This document shows positions 37,099-46,115 of a DNA stretch of 64,000 nucleotides, one piece after another. Made by a program: the position numbers and the translations under genes. The notes beneath the pieces were generated by a model. It was not told where the DNA came from and did no database searches. It saw nothing but the letters and a program-made list of their open reading frames with translations. The stretch's first letter is position 1, and every line of letters begins with the position of its first letter. The stretch spans positions 2,853 to 66,852 of IMG/VR virus record IMGVR_UViG_3300009177_000036; one strand, written 5' to 3'. The DNA comes from a virus.

Positions 37099-38591
37099 CG
37101 GCGAAGGTCCTTCTGTGTAATTTCATCTTCAGAGGTTAGCTCGACCCCAATCTCGGGGGCCCAGGTGATCTGGATGAGGCGCGCCCCATTGCTTCGAACT
37201 TTGTCTATGATGATACCCATCTTTCGGAGGGCGGGGGCGATCTTCATCAGGGTGGTAGTCATGGCCCGGGGGCCTGAGGGCCAAAAGGTTTCGCGGCCCC
37301 GCTCTTTCGGCTGGTAAATCCACAAGGCCTTAAGGAGTTCGGAGGAATGTCCCCGCCACTGCTTCTTGTCCTTCATGAAGTCATGGACACCCCGGGCCAC
37401 ATAGGAGTCGTCGAAGCTCTCCTCAAGGCTGCTGCTGTGCCCGTCCCGGACCGCCTGGATGATGGCATTCTTGGGCAGCCCCAGAGCCTCGCAGGCCGAG
37501 TTTGCCCACACCACCGGGTCCCGAAGAGGCAGCGGCTCGTTAAGTGGAGTCGACCCCCGGGCCCGGACCTTGAAGGCCTCGACCACCCCATCTAGAATTA
37601 TTGCCAATAGCGAGGGGTGTGCTTGGGCGAACTCTTCGTAAATGGAGAGCTTGTCTCGTTGCCCGGAGGTTACCGGAGGAATGTATATGTGGAACATCCG
37701 TCGCTTCAGATCATCCAGCTTGGCAAATTCAGGAATGCCATTTAAGATGACGGGCCGGACCGCAGAAAACCGGGCGCTCTCATTGTCTGAGTAAAGGCGG
37801 CGGCCCCCGAAAGTTCCTCCCGTCGAAAGGTTGCAGAGGGCGTTGGAAAGCCACTCCTCAATTCTGGAAAGGTTATCATAAGCTAGGACGAAACGGGTGG
37901 CAATATCAGACACCATGTCCCGGTCGTTCGAGGGCTTCGTCAAAAGGTCCAGGCCTCTCATGGGATCAAGCAGCCCCCGGATCACGTTTGTGTTGGTGGA
38001 CTTGCCGGAGTTCTGCTGCCCGTTCATTACCAAAATCGGGACTTCATATCCCATGAAACACCCCATAACCCAGGCGATTATGAGATAGAAATCTTCATTA
38101 CTAGATATATTGACAAACCGCTTCAAGTCTGTTATGTTATAATTACCCCCCGGGGGGATGGGGCGGGGCAGCGGGGCGGCGTTCGGGTTGCGGATAAACC
38201 GGACATCGAACGGACACTTAATGATGCGCCAGCCCTCAGCGTCGATCTCCACCACCTCACGCTCGGCGTTGTTCAGGTCCAGGTAGGCCACGTTGTTTCG
38301 ACGCAGAATTCGGACCGCCGCCTCCTTCTCCCCATTCTTCTCGGCCCGGTCCTCCAGCGCCTTGACAGCAAAGGACATAGCCTCAGGCTGAAGGATGATC
38401 GCAGTTTGGGACTGGAAGTGGCGGCGATACCATTCTCGAAAGGTCCCGCTCTTGATGGGGCGATGGTCCCATTGGCCGGGCACCTCGTCAGAGGGGATTG
38501 TAATGAAGTGGGTATTGCAGGGCCCCATCCAAGGCCGCATGGTTTCAATCTGGGCGTAGATGGCCTTAAGAGTTGTTTCCCGAATGGTCAT
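37095..38591 (-). CDS. P-loop ATPase, primase-associated/SF3-helicase-like
   Basis: GQQNSGKST Walker A, AYDN Walker B, RRLYSD, PVILNGI; no primase domain visible. Confidence 0.75.
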   Translation of the reverse strand: MTIRETTLKAIYAQIETMRPWMGPCNTHFITIPSDEVPGQWDHRPIKSGTFREWYRRHFQSQTAIILQPEAMSFAVKALEDRAEKNGEKEAAVRILRRNNVAYLDLNNAEREVVEIDAEGWRIIKCPFDVRFIRNPNAAPLPRPIPPGGNYNITDLKRFVNISSNEDFYLIIAWVMGCFMGYEVPILVMNGQQNSGKSTNTNVIRGLLDPMRGLDLLTKPSNDRDMVSDIATRFVLAYDNLSRIEEWLSNALCNLSTGGTFGGRRLYSDNESARFSAVRPVILNGIPEFAKLDDLKRRMFHIYIPPVTSGQRDKLSIYEEFAQAHPSLLAIILDGVVEAFKVRARGSTPLNEPLPLRDPVVWANSACEALGLPKNAIIQAVRDGHSSSLEESFDDSYVARGVHDFMKDKKQWRGHSSELLKALWIYQPKERGRETFWPSGPRAMTTTLMKIAPALRKMGIIIDKVRSNGARLIQITWAPEIGVELTSEDEITQKDLRR

Positions 38592-38764
38592 TAAAGGACC
38601 GCCACAATGTTATCATCATTAATGTAAGCACGTACACTATGGCTATCGTTTTTCGAAAACCAAAGCTGAAGGTACTCAGGATTCCCGGAGCGCGTGATGT
38701 ATCGGACTTGGGAAAGGTTGATTAGGCAGGGCTCGTCGTCGAAGGACCGGAAGAAAGTTAACAT
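38591..38764 (-). CDS. Small hypothetical protein (57 aa)
   Basis: AAGGAG RBS; stop overlaps the ATPase start. Confidence 0.55.
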   Translation of the reverse strand: MLTFFRSFDDEPCLINLSQVRYITRSGNPEYLQLWFSKNDSHSVRAYINDDNIVAVL

Positions 38765-38795
38765 GGAAAGCGCGCTCCTTGGTTAAGACCCCTGG

Positions 38796-38824
38796 AAGCT
38801 AACACAGGTCATAAGGGTTGTCAA
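38796..38824 (-). promoter_or_regulatory. Sigma70 promoter TTGACA-17-TAGCTT
   Basis: Head of the leftward operon. Confidence 0.7.
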
Positions 38825-39008
38825 GTGATGCGTGCTCCCTTCTTCTATTTATTTTTTCTCTAGTATAAAGTAAGATAGTTATGGCATGTGACCCTATTGC
38901 CTCTTTTGTTATTATTTTCAAGGAGATAAGCAGTGACACATGCTGTGACAACAGGGGCACAACTTATGACCCTGCGGCCCCGCCGCTCCCACACCCCTTA
39001 CATCCTGC

Positions 39009-39037
39009 TTGACATCGGGGCCCCTGAATGTTAGATT
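39009..39037 (+). promoter_or_regulatory. Sigma70 promoter TTGACA-17-TAGATT
   Basis: Consensus with TGn. Confidence 0.7.
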
Positions 39038-39228
39038 GTGGCATCTTTTGTATAGGAGGGATCGATTATGAAGCTATGGGCTTGGTCGCTGATTTTGGCA
39101 GGGGCGTTCGATATTGGGGTCTTCTTTTGGGGGCTGTGGTCCCAGGACCTCGGATTCTTGCAGGCCCTGACGTTACCGGTTGGGGTTTTTGCTGTGAGTC
39201 AGGGGGCCATTGAATTGGAGCGGAGTCA

Positions 39229-39639
39229 ATGATTGTCTTGGTTGATATAGATGGGACGTTGACTCGGGACTTTCAGTGGGGTATGACCTGGGATGACGTA
39301 GACACCCAGACCCCCAATATACCGGTGATTTCTGTAGTTCAGGGCCTCGCTATGCAGGGCCATATTATTGTGGTGATGAGCTTTCGGCCCGAGTTCACGA
39401 GGCGCGCGACCGTGGCATGGCTCGATAAGTGGCATGTTCCATTCAAAAATCTTTTGCTCCGCAGGGATGATGATCGAAGGTCAGCGCCGGAGGTTAAGCG
39501 GGAGATGGTTCAAAAAGTGAAAGATATGGGGCTGGGCCACGAGGTGTCCTTGGCGCTTGAAGATGATCCGAGGAATGCTGAGATGTTTAGGGATGAGGGG
39601 ATTCAGACGATGATGGTCCTCCAGCCTGCGACAATTTGA
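39229..39639 (+). CDS. HAD-family (PNKP-type) phosphatase
   Basis: DIDGTL, RP, R..DD.R.APEVK, EDD. Confidence 0.85.
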   Translation: MIVLVDIDGTLTRDFQWGMTWDDVDTQTPNIPVISVVQGLAMQGHIIVVMSFRPEFTRRATVAWLDKWHVPFKNLLLRRDDDRRSAPEVKREMVQKVKDMGLGHEVSLALEDDPRNAEMFRDEGIQTMMVLQPATI

Positions 39640-39983
39640 CACAGGGGTGTGAAATGGATGCGTTTACGGGTGGTAAGTTCGCGGGCTGGTTCGAGGCCCT
39701 AGATTATATTGAAGGCTATCTTGATGAGCATGGATTGATGGTTGATATATTTAATTTAGTGAAACAAATGAGGAGCGCGGGGCCCGCGTCAGCGGGCATT
39801 TTAGCTGCAGGTTCTTCCGCGTCAGCGGCGACCGATACTCCCCCGCAAGGGGCGTCTGCGAAGCAGTTGGAGAAGGCGGTGTTAGATTATCCATATGGGT
39901 TGGATGCTAGTGCCTTTGAGCCTGGGACGGATATGTGGGATTTGGCCATTCAGGTCAATTGGAAGTTGGGTCTGGGGAAATAG
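39636..39983 (+). CDS. Hypothetical protein
   Basis: ORF; start may be ATG 39654. Confidence 0.5.
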   Translation: MTQGCEMDAFTGGKFAGWFEALDYIEGYLDEHGLMVDIFNLVKQMRSAGPASAGILAAGSSASAATDTPPQGASAKQLEKAVLDYPYGLDASAFEPGTDMWDLAIQVNWKLGLGK

Positions 39984-40691
39984 CTATGGCCCTGATGTAT
40001 GTTTTCTTCTGTGCGTTAGCACTGGTGTGGTGGATTATTGGGGGGCCCCGGGGCCCGGATGGGTTTGTATGATGATGGGAACTTTCTTTGAGCTTAGCTC
40101 GGGCGAAGCCCGTTGGGCTGTTATTAGTTTAGCTAAGCCATTCTAAAATTTTTATTTTTTGTGCTATTGGTCTCTCGTGTAGCGAAAATTTTGTACGAAC
40201 TACCCCCCTAAAGAATAAAATCACCCTGGAGTCCCTTTTGGGGGACCCCCTCTTTAAAAGAACCTTCCCCCTTGGGTCCTCGGGCCGCTGGGCTCACGCC
40301 CGGAGGATTAGGGCCGCGCCGATGGCTGCGATGAAGGCGAGGTAGGCGCAGCAGGCTGCGAAGTCCCGGGCCGTGAGGGTGAGGGCGTGGCCCCGGTGCG
40401 TGAGGCTTAGGCCCTCGGTCGTCAGGGTTGCCTTAGTGCGGTACAGCGTGGGGTAGGCGTTCCGGTAGGTCATGGGGCGGCTCCAAGTGTTTAAACGATT
40501 GCTATTGCCCATGGTAGGCTCGCTTCGCTCGGGCTGACCAGTGCAGTTATTGCATGGCTGCTTTGCATTCTTTGCACTTGTGCGGGATGTTTAAACGGTG
40601 GCACATTGGGCAGGTCAGCGCCAAGCGAAACAACTTGGGCCGAGCCGGGGACTGCGATAGTGTCCCCACCCCTTATGGGCGGAGTCCACTT

Positions 40692-40910
40692 ATGTGCGAA
40701 GCACGACCGGTGGCTTATGTGATTGTCGATAGACGGACTGGGCGGCAGGTGGGCAAGCCTTATAGCTATGAGCAGCGCAATCGGTGCCGGGCCCGGGTTG
40801 ATAGATTGGATTTGGAGTACGGTGCGTACCGGTATTCTGCCCAGCCAGTCTACGAGAGCCCTAACTTGAACAACGTTCAATCCAACACCCCCGGCTCCAC
40901 CAATCTGTGA
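40692..40910 (+). CDS. Early hypothetical protein
   Basis: GGAG RBS; R.RARVDRLDLEYGAYRY pattern. Confidence 0.55.
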   Translation: MCEARPVAYVIVDRRTGRQVGKPYSYEQRNRCRARVDRLDLEYGAYRYSAQPVYESPNLNNVQSNTPGSTNL

Positions 40911-40998
40911 AAAATCACACATATAACCATTCGGTTATATAAAGAAACCTTTATATCGCCACAATCCGCCCCTTCGGGGGACTAAGAGAGGATCAATC

Positions 40999-41277
40999 AT
41001 GACCTACTATGCCTCCGACTTCGGGTATCGCCCCGCCTCCGCATGCATCGATTGCGGTTCGTTTGAAATGCCATGTTGCTATCGCGGGTCGACCGATGCT
41101 CATGTGGCCTACCACCACGCCCACGTTAAGGACCTGGAGATTATCGACATACTCCACACCCATTGTGCTTACTTCAAGGGCGGGCGTACATGGGCTCACA
41201 CTCGTGCCACCATAGGCCTGCCCTTCGACATCGTCGAAGACATTTGGACCGACATGGCCATTGGATATACTGGCTGA
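40999..41277 (+). CDS. Early hypothetical protein
   Basis: GAGG RBS. Confidence 0.55.
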   Translation: MTYYASDFGYRPASACIDCGSFEMPCCYRGSTDAHVAYHHAHVKDLEIIDILHTHCAYFKGGRTWAHTRATIGLPFDIVEDIWTDMAIGYTG

Positions 41278-41388
41278 CGCCAGCCCCGCTTCGCGGGCAT
41301 AGCTGACCTGCAGTAAATGCATTAGGGCTGGGCTGCCATAGCTGGTAGTCTGGCCCTAGTCGTTTAAACGCCCCAACGGAGACCAATC

Positions 41389-41703
41389 ATGGCTTATCAG
41401 ACTAAATATGGTGCGTACATTTCCCTGGGCTCTGTGTCATGGGGAACCTTGCGTTCTGAGGATTTGCTTCGTAGTTTCCTTGCCGAACTGGATCGCGTGC
41501 GGCCTTTTAACGAGCGATCCCTTCGGTTCGACATCAAAGAATACCTCGAAGGCCAGCGTTTGGAAGATGAATATGCGGCGGAATTGGTTGAGCGTGCCTT
41601 TGATTCGCTTAACAACGTCGCCCCTCCCGGTATGTACTTTGGAGCCCATGAGGGGGACGGCTCAGACTTCGGATGGTGGGAAATGTCAGGAGACGATCAA
41701 TGA
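41389..41703 (+). CDS. Early hypothetical protein
   Basis: GSVSWGTLRSEDLL...YFGAHEGDGSDFGWW, a recurrent phage early-protein pattern. Confidence 0.75.
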   Translation: MAYQTKYGAYISLGSVSWGTLRSEDLLRSFLAELDRVRPFNERSLRFDIKEYLEGQRLEDEYAAELVERAFDSLNNVAPPGMYFGAHEGDGSDFGWWEMSGDDQ

Positions 41704-42332
41704 TCGATCAACCCGAACCGTATGCGACCCGTGAGCAATGGCTTGAAGCCGCCGTATTTGAAATGCGGCCACTCTACCTTGCGGCGGGTCAGCCTGTCCC
41801 CGTTGCCCTAAAGGTGTCGTGCGGCTTTGCTCAAGGCAAGAAAAAGGCCATTGGCCAGTGTTGGAGCGACGCAAACTCCGAGGGTCATGTCTTCGAGCTT
41901 TTCATATCGCCGGTCTTGTCGGACCACACTGAAGTCCTAGCTACTCTAGCCCACGAAGTGGCGCATGCTTGCGTCGGTGTTGACGTTGGCCACAAGAAGC
42001 CGTTTAAACAACTTGTGACCAAGATCGGGCTTGAAGGCAAGGTCACTGCGACAGTGGCGGGCCCGGCGTTTAAACAGTCAATCGGCCCGATCCTCGAAAA
42101 GCTTGGGCCCTATCCTCATGCACGTTTAAACACTGAGACGGCGAAGGGAGGTTCCAAGAAGCAAACCACACGCCTACTCAAGGCCGAATGCCCGCTCTGT
42201 GGATACACTGTCCGCGTGACCAAGAAATGGGTGGATGAAGTCGGCGCGCCCCACTGCCCGGCCCATGGTGCTATGGACATTGACGGACTGCCAGGGGCAG
42301 AAGAACCGGACGATGAGACCATAGACGAATGA
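41700..42332 (+). CDS. SprT-like zinc metalloprotease with C-terminal Zn ribbon
   Basis: LAHEVAH HExxH, GH..PF, CxxC...CxxH. Confidence 0.8.
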   Translation: MIDQPEPYATREQWLEAAVFEMRPLYLAAGQPVPVALKVSCGFAQGKKKAIGQCWSDANSEGHVFELFISPVLSDHTEVLATLAHEVAHACVGVDVGHKKPFKQLVTKIGLEGKVTATVAGPAFKQSIGPILEKLGPYPHARLNTETAKGGSKKQTTRLLKAECPLCGYTVRVTKKWVDEVGAPHCPAHGAMDIDGLPGAEEPDDETIDE

Positions 42333-42353
42333 ACCTTGGACTATATCACAACT

Positions 42354-42379
42354 AGAGGGGCTTCGGCCCCTTTCTTTTT
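42354..42379 (+). terminator. Rho-independent terminator
   Basis: GGGGC-TTCG-GCCCC plus TTTCTTTTT. Confidence 0.85.
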
Positions 42380-42460
42380 GCATACCAGATATGCATTAAT
42401 TGCACAAGACATTTCCCGACCTATGGTGCATCGTTTCTTTGCAACAGGAGTACAGGCATC

Positions 42461-42628
42461 ATGACCAAAAAAGACTTCCAACTTATTGCCAATGCCATCA
42501 ACAGTCTCTCGCTTCCCATTGACACTAAGGAGACGGTGGCTAAAACCTTCGCCGCCTACCTGCGGACCACAAACCCTCGCTTCGATCAGTTCCGCTTTAT
42601 CGAAGCCTGTATCGGTTCCCCCAAATGA
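42461..42628 (+). CDS. Early hypothetical protein (55 aa)
   Basis: AGGAG RBS; MTKKDFQLIA...NPRFD..RF..AC. Confidence 0.7.
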   Translation: MTKKDFQLIANAINSLSLPIDTKETVAKTFAAYLRTTNPRFDQFRFIEACIGSPK

Positions 42629-42927
42629 CCCCGAAACATACCCCCGGACCTTGGAAGGTTCGCAAATATGCCGGAGGCAAACGGGCCGAAGTGGTTGGTG
42701 CACCTATGCGGGATGATTTGTGGTCTCCCTTGGTTGCCCAAATGAGTTTTCATCCTGACGCTCGCGAAGAGGCAATCGCCAACGCTCACATAATTGCCGC
42801 TGCACTTGATATACTGGAAGCGCTAGAAGGCGTAAACCGGTTCAACCAAGGTAAGTCGGATATGCCTTGGGAACTTCATCAAGAACAGATTGACGCAGCA
42901 ATTGCCAAAGTCCGGGGGCAATCATGA
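42625..42927 (+). CDS. Early hypothetical protein
   Basis: HTPGPW...ANAHIIAAA pattern. Confidence 0.75.
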   Translation: MTPKHTPGPWKVRKYAGGKRAEVVGAPMRDDLWSPLVAQMSFHPDAREEAIANAHIIAAALDILEALEGVNRFNQGKSDMPWELHQEQIDAAIAKVRGQS

Positions 42928-43079
42928 CCGACCGGCCTAAGGTTGACCCTCGCGACCCTGACCCGACCCGGGAAGGTATCTTCCAGTACCACAATTGCTG
43001 GCGATGCGACGACGGCAAGAAGGCTTGCCCCCTGGGGTCTCCCTCCCGTTGTGACTATCCACGAGCAAGGAACGATTAG
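42924..43079 (+). CDS. Small Cys-rich protein
   Basis: HNCWRC...C...C, coupled start and stop. Confidence 0.5.
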   Translation: MTDRPKVDPRDPDPTREGIFQYHNCWRCDDGKKACPLGSPSRCDYPRARND

Positions 43080-43082
43080 GCC

Positions 43083-43262
43083 ATGAGTATCTATAAAGAG
43101 CAATTCCAGTATGAGTGGGACGCCATCTATGATGACGCCATCGACCGGGGCTTAACGGAGGGGCAGGCGTCTGCTATAGCAGATACCCTCGCTTTGGGCC
43201 GTTTAAACAATAGGTTAGCGGACATGGCAGATATGTTGCGCGACCGTGCAAAAGAGGCTTGA
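43083..43262 (+). CDS. Small acidic protein (59 aa)
   Basis: Tightly packed ORF. Confidence 0.5.
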   Translation: MSIYKEQFQYEWDAIYDDAIDRGLTEGQASAIADTLALGRLNNRLADMADMLRDRAKEA

Positions 43263-43263
43263 C

Positions 43264-43446
43264 ATGAACCGGGGATTGTTTACGATAACAGTTCAACGTG
43301 TCGACGGTACTTCATCGGAAGTTCAGGCCATGGATCGAAATGCAGCGTTTAAACGCTTCGAGCAGGCCCGGGGTCTTGTGGATGCCCTAAGGGTTCAACT
43401 TCGTGAGGGGCAACAGCTTATTGCCTCGGACAATCTGGGAGACTGA
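43264..43446 (+). CDS. Hypothetical protein
   Basis: GAGG RBS. Confidence 0.5.
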   Translation: MNRGLFTITVQRVDGTSSEVQAMDRNAAFKRFEQARGLVDALRVQLREGQQLIASDNLGD

Positions 43447-43447
43447 C

Positions 43448-44902
43448 ATGCCCAACAATGACGATGATTTTTTTGAACTGCTGTCCTACACCTCTCCGGG
43501 AGTTTCGATTTCGACAATGTCACCTCGGTGGATGTTGGTGGATGGCCCCACCCTTCTCCGGCCCGAAAGTGAATTCCGGCGTTTCGTTAACTGGGCTAAA
43601 GGACTGCGGAACAATCGGTTTTCTCATACTAATCTTTGGTTTTTCGAGCAGTTGAAGGAATTCTCGAAAGGCGACTTTGCCCGCGCCACGCGCTTTGTCT
43701 ATTGGCTCAACCGTGAGCAGATTGCGGAATGCGTCGAGTGCGGTACGTGGCTACCCGACCGTTTCGTTGAATTCGGGACCGGGATGCCGACCCTTGGAGT
43801 TTGCCCTTCCTGTGCTTCGGACTATGAGTGGTCAGAGCGGGCCCAGAGCTTCATTCACTCAAATGACTGGGATGAGGACCTCCACGCAAATCGGCCCTCT
43901 CCAATTCATGATTATAGTTATAATGTTCTCGACATGTACAACGAATTCATTGCGGCCCCCGGGGAGCGGTGGAACGAAGAAACAATGTTCATGGGCATTG
44001 AGCTTGAGGTTGAGCGCCCTTCTGAATTCAATGTCGAAAACGAGATCGGCCTCGACAATCTCCTGGGGGAAAACAAGTTCGGTATTCTGAAGTACGATGG
44101 TTCGCTGGACAATGGTTTCGAGCTTGTCACTGTCCCCGCGACCTTCGCCTACCACACCGGCCCCGCCAGCCCCTGGCCAGAGCTTCTTAAGCATATGCGC
44201 GACCAAGGCTTGCGGTCCTTCGATACCACAACCTGCGGCTTGCACGTACACGTCTCCAAAGCGGCGATTTCCCACCTAACACAGGGGAAACTTGTAGAAT
44301 TCGTCAATTCGCAGCACAACCGGGCTTTCATCCAATCCATCGCCCAACGTCGTCTTGAAGGTGGCCATAGTTACGCGCCCCTCAAGGAAGAACATGATCT
44401 GATGTGGGGTTGGAGGCACCGCGACGATATTGTTGTTCGGAAGACTTCAAGGCCCGAGCTTACGTGTGACTGCGACGCCTGCCGGTCTGAGCATAGGGAT
44501 AGGCTGCGCCGCTACGAAGCGATTATGGCCGAGCTTCAACCCTCGAATGTTCGGAAGGTCCGGTCAAAGAAACTCTATACTTTCGACTGGGACCATGACG
44601 AGCGGTATTCCTCTATCAATCTCACTAATGCCGAGACGGTGGAGTTTCGTATTTTCAAGGGTACCCTTTCCCAAAATGGGCTTTACAGGTATCTCGAATT
44701 CGTGCACTCTATCCTCTCCTATCTGCCCCAGGTGGGGATCACGGAACTCGGCCACGAAGATTTTTGCAAATGGGTTGCCCGCAAGGGTCGGAAGTCCTAC
44801 CCCCATTTGCTACGGTGGATGCAGGTAAAGGGCCACCTCCCGGCTCCGCGCCACATACCCCCGGACCGCGTCACTCTCGAAAGGAACCAACTATGTGCTT
44901 GA
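43448..44902 (+). CDS. Putative amidoligase (COOH-NH2 ligase family)
   Basis: GIELEVE, DGSL..GFELV, CGLHVHVS, RY..INL, TVEFRIFKGT. Confidence 0.85.
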   Translation: MPNNDDDFFELLSYTSPGVSISTMSPRWMLVDGPTLLRPESEFRRFVNWAKGLRNNRFSHTNLWFFEQLKEFSKGDFARATRFVYWLNREQIAECVECGTWLPDRFVEFGTGMPTLGVCPSCASDYEWSERAQSFIHSNDWDEDLHANRPSPIHDYSYNVLDMYNEFIAAPGERWNEETMFMGIELEVERPSEFNVENEIGLDNLLGENKFGILKYDGSLDNGFELVTVPATFAYHTGPASPWPELLKHMRDQGLRSFDTTTCGLHVHVSKAAISHLTQGKLVEFVNSQHNRAFIQSIAQRRLEGGHSYAPLKEEHDLMWGWRHRDDIVVRKTSRPELTCDCDACRSEHRDRLRRYEAIMAELQPSNVRKVRSKKLYTFDWDHDERYSSINLTNAETVEFRIFKGTLSQNGLYRYLEFVHSILSYLPQVGITELGHEDFCKWVARKGRKSYPHLLRWMQVKGHLPAPRHIPPDRVTLERNQLCA

Positions 44903-45798
44903 TCGTTATCAAAGAGCCCGGCATTGAAATCCCCCCGGAAGACATATACAACTCCTACTCCCATAACCCTGACGGGTGGGGCCTCATGTGGGCTAAGGAA
45001 GGGAAGCTTCGGACCCTTAAGGGGCTGGGGCACATCCAACATGCCATGAGCTACCTCGACGGGCTGAAGGACGAAAAGGTCTATTTCCATATGCGCTTCG
45101 CCACCCAAGGTGGGGTCAATCTGGAAAACGCCCACCCTTACCCGGTGCTGAATTTTGCCGACCATGGGGTCGACCTGCACATGATGCATAACGGGGTCCT
45201 CTCCAACGATCTGGACTTCATCGATGACCGGTCAGACACTTGGCACCTCGCGGCGATCCTGACCACTTGCTTTGCGAAGAACCAAGGTGAGCCCCTTTTC
45301 GACCGGGACTTCCAAGAATACCTGGGCAACGCGGTCCGGGGCTCCAAGCTCGTCTTCCTGTTCGGCGATGGCCGGGAGGTTATCATTAACGAACAGGACG
45401 GCTGGCGCTGCAAGAAAACCAACCTGTGGTATTCCAACACCTATAGCCTTATGCCCTATCGGGACTACACGGAGAAAAAAGGCGACTGGGTCGTCGAGGG
45501 GGGCTGCTACGTCTTCAAGCCCAATAGTTCCAGCCTGAAGGTCCCGGCCCTGGGGGCCCCCGCCGATGAGCATCGGGACTTCTTTGCGGACCTTGATAAC
45601 CGGCTCAACACCGAACAGGCTTACGAAGAGGTTTTCGGGGAACTGGGCGAAGATCACTACGGGGGGCCGTATGTCGATCTCGTGGACAAGCTGGGCGACC
45701 TCTACATGGCCGACATTGAAAGCCTCGTGGCCAACAATCCCCAAGAGGCCGTGGAAATGCTGATGCAGGCCCGCGCCAAGCTCTGGGGCCCTCTCTAA
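44893..45798 (+). CDS. Class II glutamine amidotransferase
   Basis: MC N-terminus, NPDGWG, HMRFATQG, NAHPY, MHNG, SDT. Confidence 0.9.
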   Translation: MCLIVIKEPGIEIPPEDIYNSYSHNPDGWGLMWAKEGKLRTLKGLGHIQHAMSYLDGLKDEKVYFHMRFATQGGVNLENAHPYPVLNFADHGVDLHMMHNGVLSNDLDFIDDRSDTWHLAAILTTCFAKNQGEPLFDRDFQEYLGNAVRGSKLVFLFGDGREVIINEQDGWRCKKTNLWYSNTYSLMPYRDYTEKKGDWVVEGGCYVFKPNSSSLKVPALGAPADEHRDFFADLDNRLNTEQAYEEVFGELGEDHYGGPYVDLVDKLGDLYMADIESLVANNPQEAVEMLMQARAKLWGPL

Positions 45799-45845
45799 CC
45801 TTAGTTGCGGAACCCCTCAATAATACAACTTAATGGAGTCTTGAG

Positions 45846-46115
45846 ATGGGAATTAAGACAGCTAAAGAATTCGCGGACCGCATTCTAACCCTTGTGACTG
45901 AGGTGGAAGGGAGTGCGGCCCCTATTGTAACCGTGGGCGTCATTGACGCGGCGGCTAACATCCTGGTCGTTTGTGGGAACGGGTCCCCGAACACTCTGGA
46001 GAGCGCCATTCACACCCTTTCCGTCTATTTCACACACTACGCGGAAATTCTGAGGCAAAAGGGTGGCACCCCGCAAATGATGGCCGATGCTGAGCGCCGG
46101 AGGAAACTCAATTGA
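45846..46115 (+). CDS. Hypothetical protein
   Basis: GGAG RBS. Confidence 0.55.
   Translation: MGIKTAKEFADRILTLVTEVEGSAAPIVTVGVIDAAANILVVCGNGSPNTLESAIHTLSVYFTHYAEILRQKGGTPQMMADAERRRKLN

Larger units (their letters stand above)
40489..43354. repeat. Cluster of eight YGTTTAAACR palindromes
   Basis: GTTTAAAC at 40489, 40589, 41362, 42002, 42068, 42124, 43201, 43347. Confidence 0.9.

Noticed and set aside
40489-43354. Palindrome cluster as a CRISPR array or Chi sites
   Set aside because: Only 10 bp, irregular spacing, inside ORFs; Chi sites are non-palindromic.
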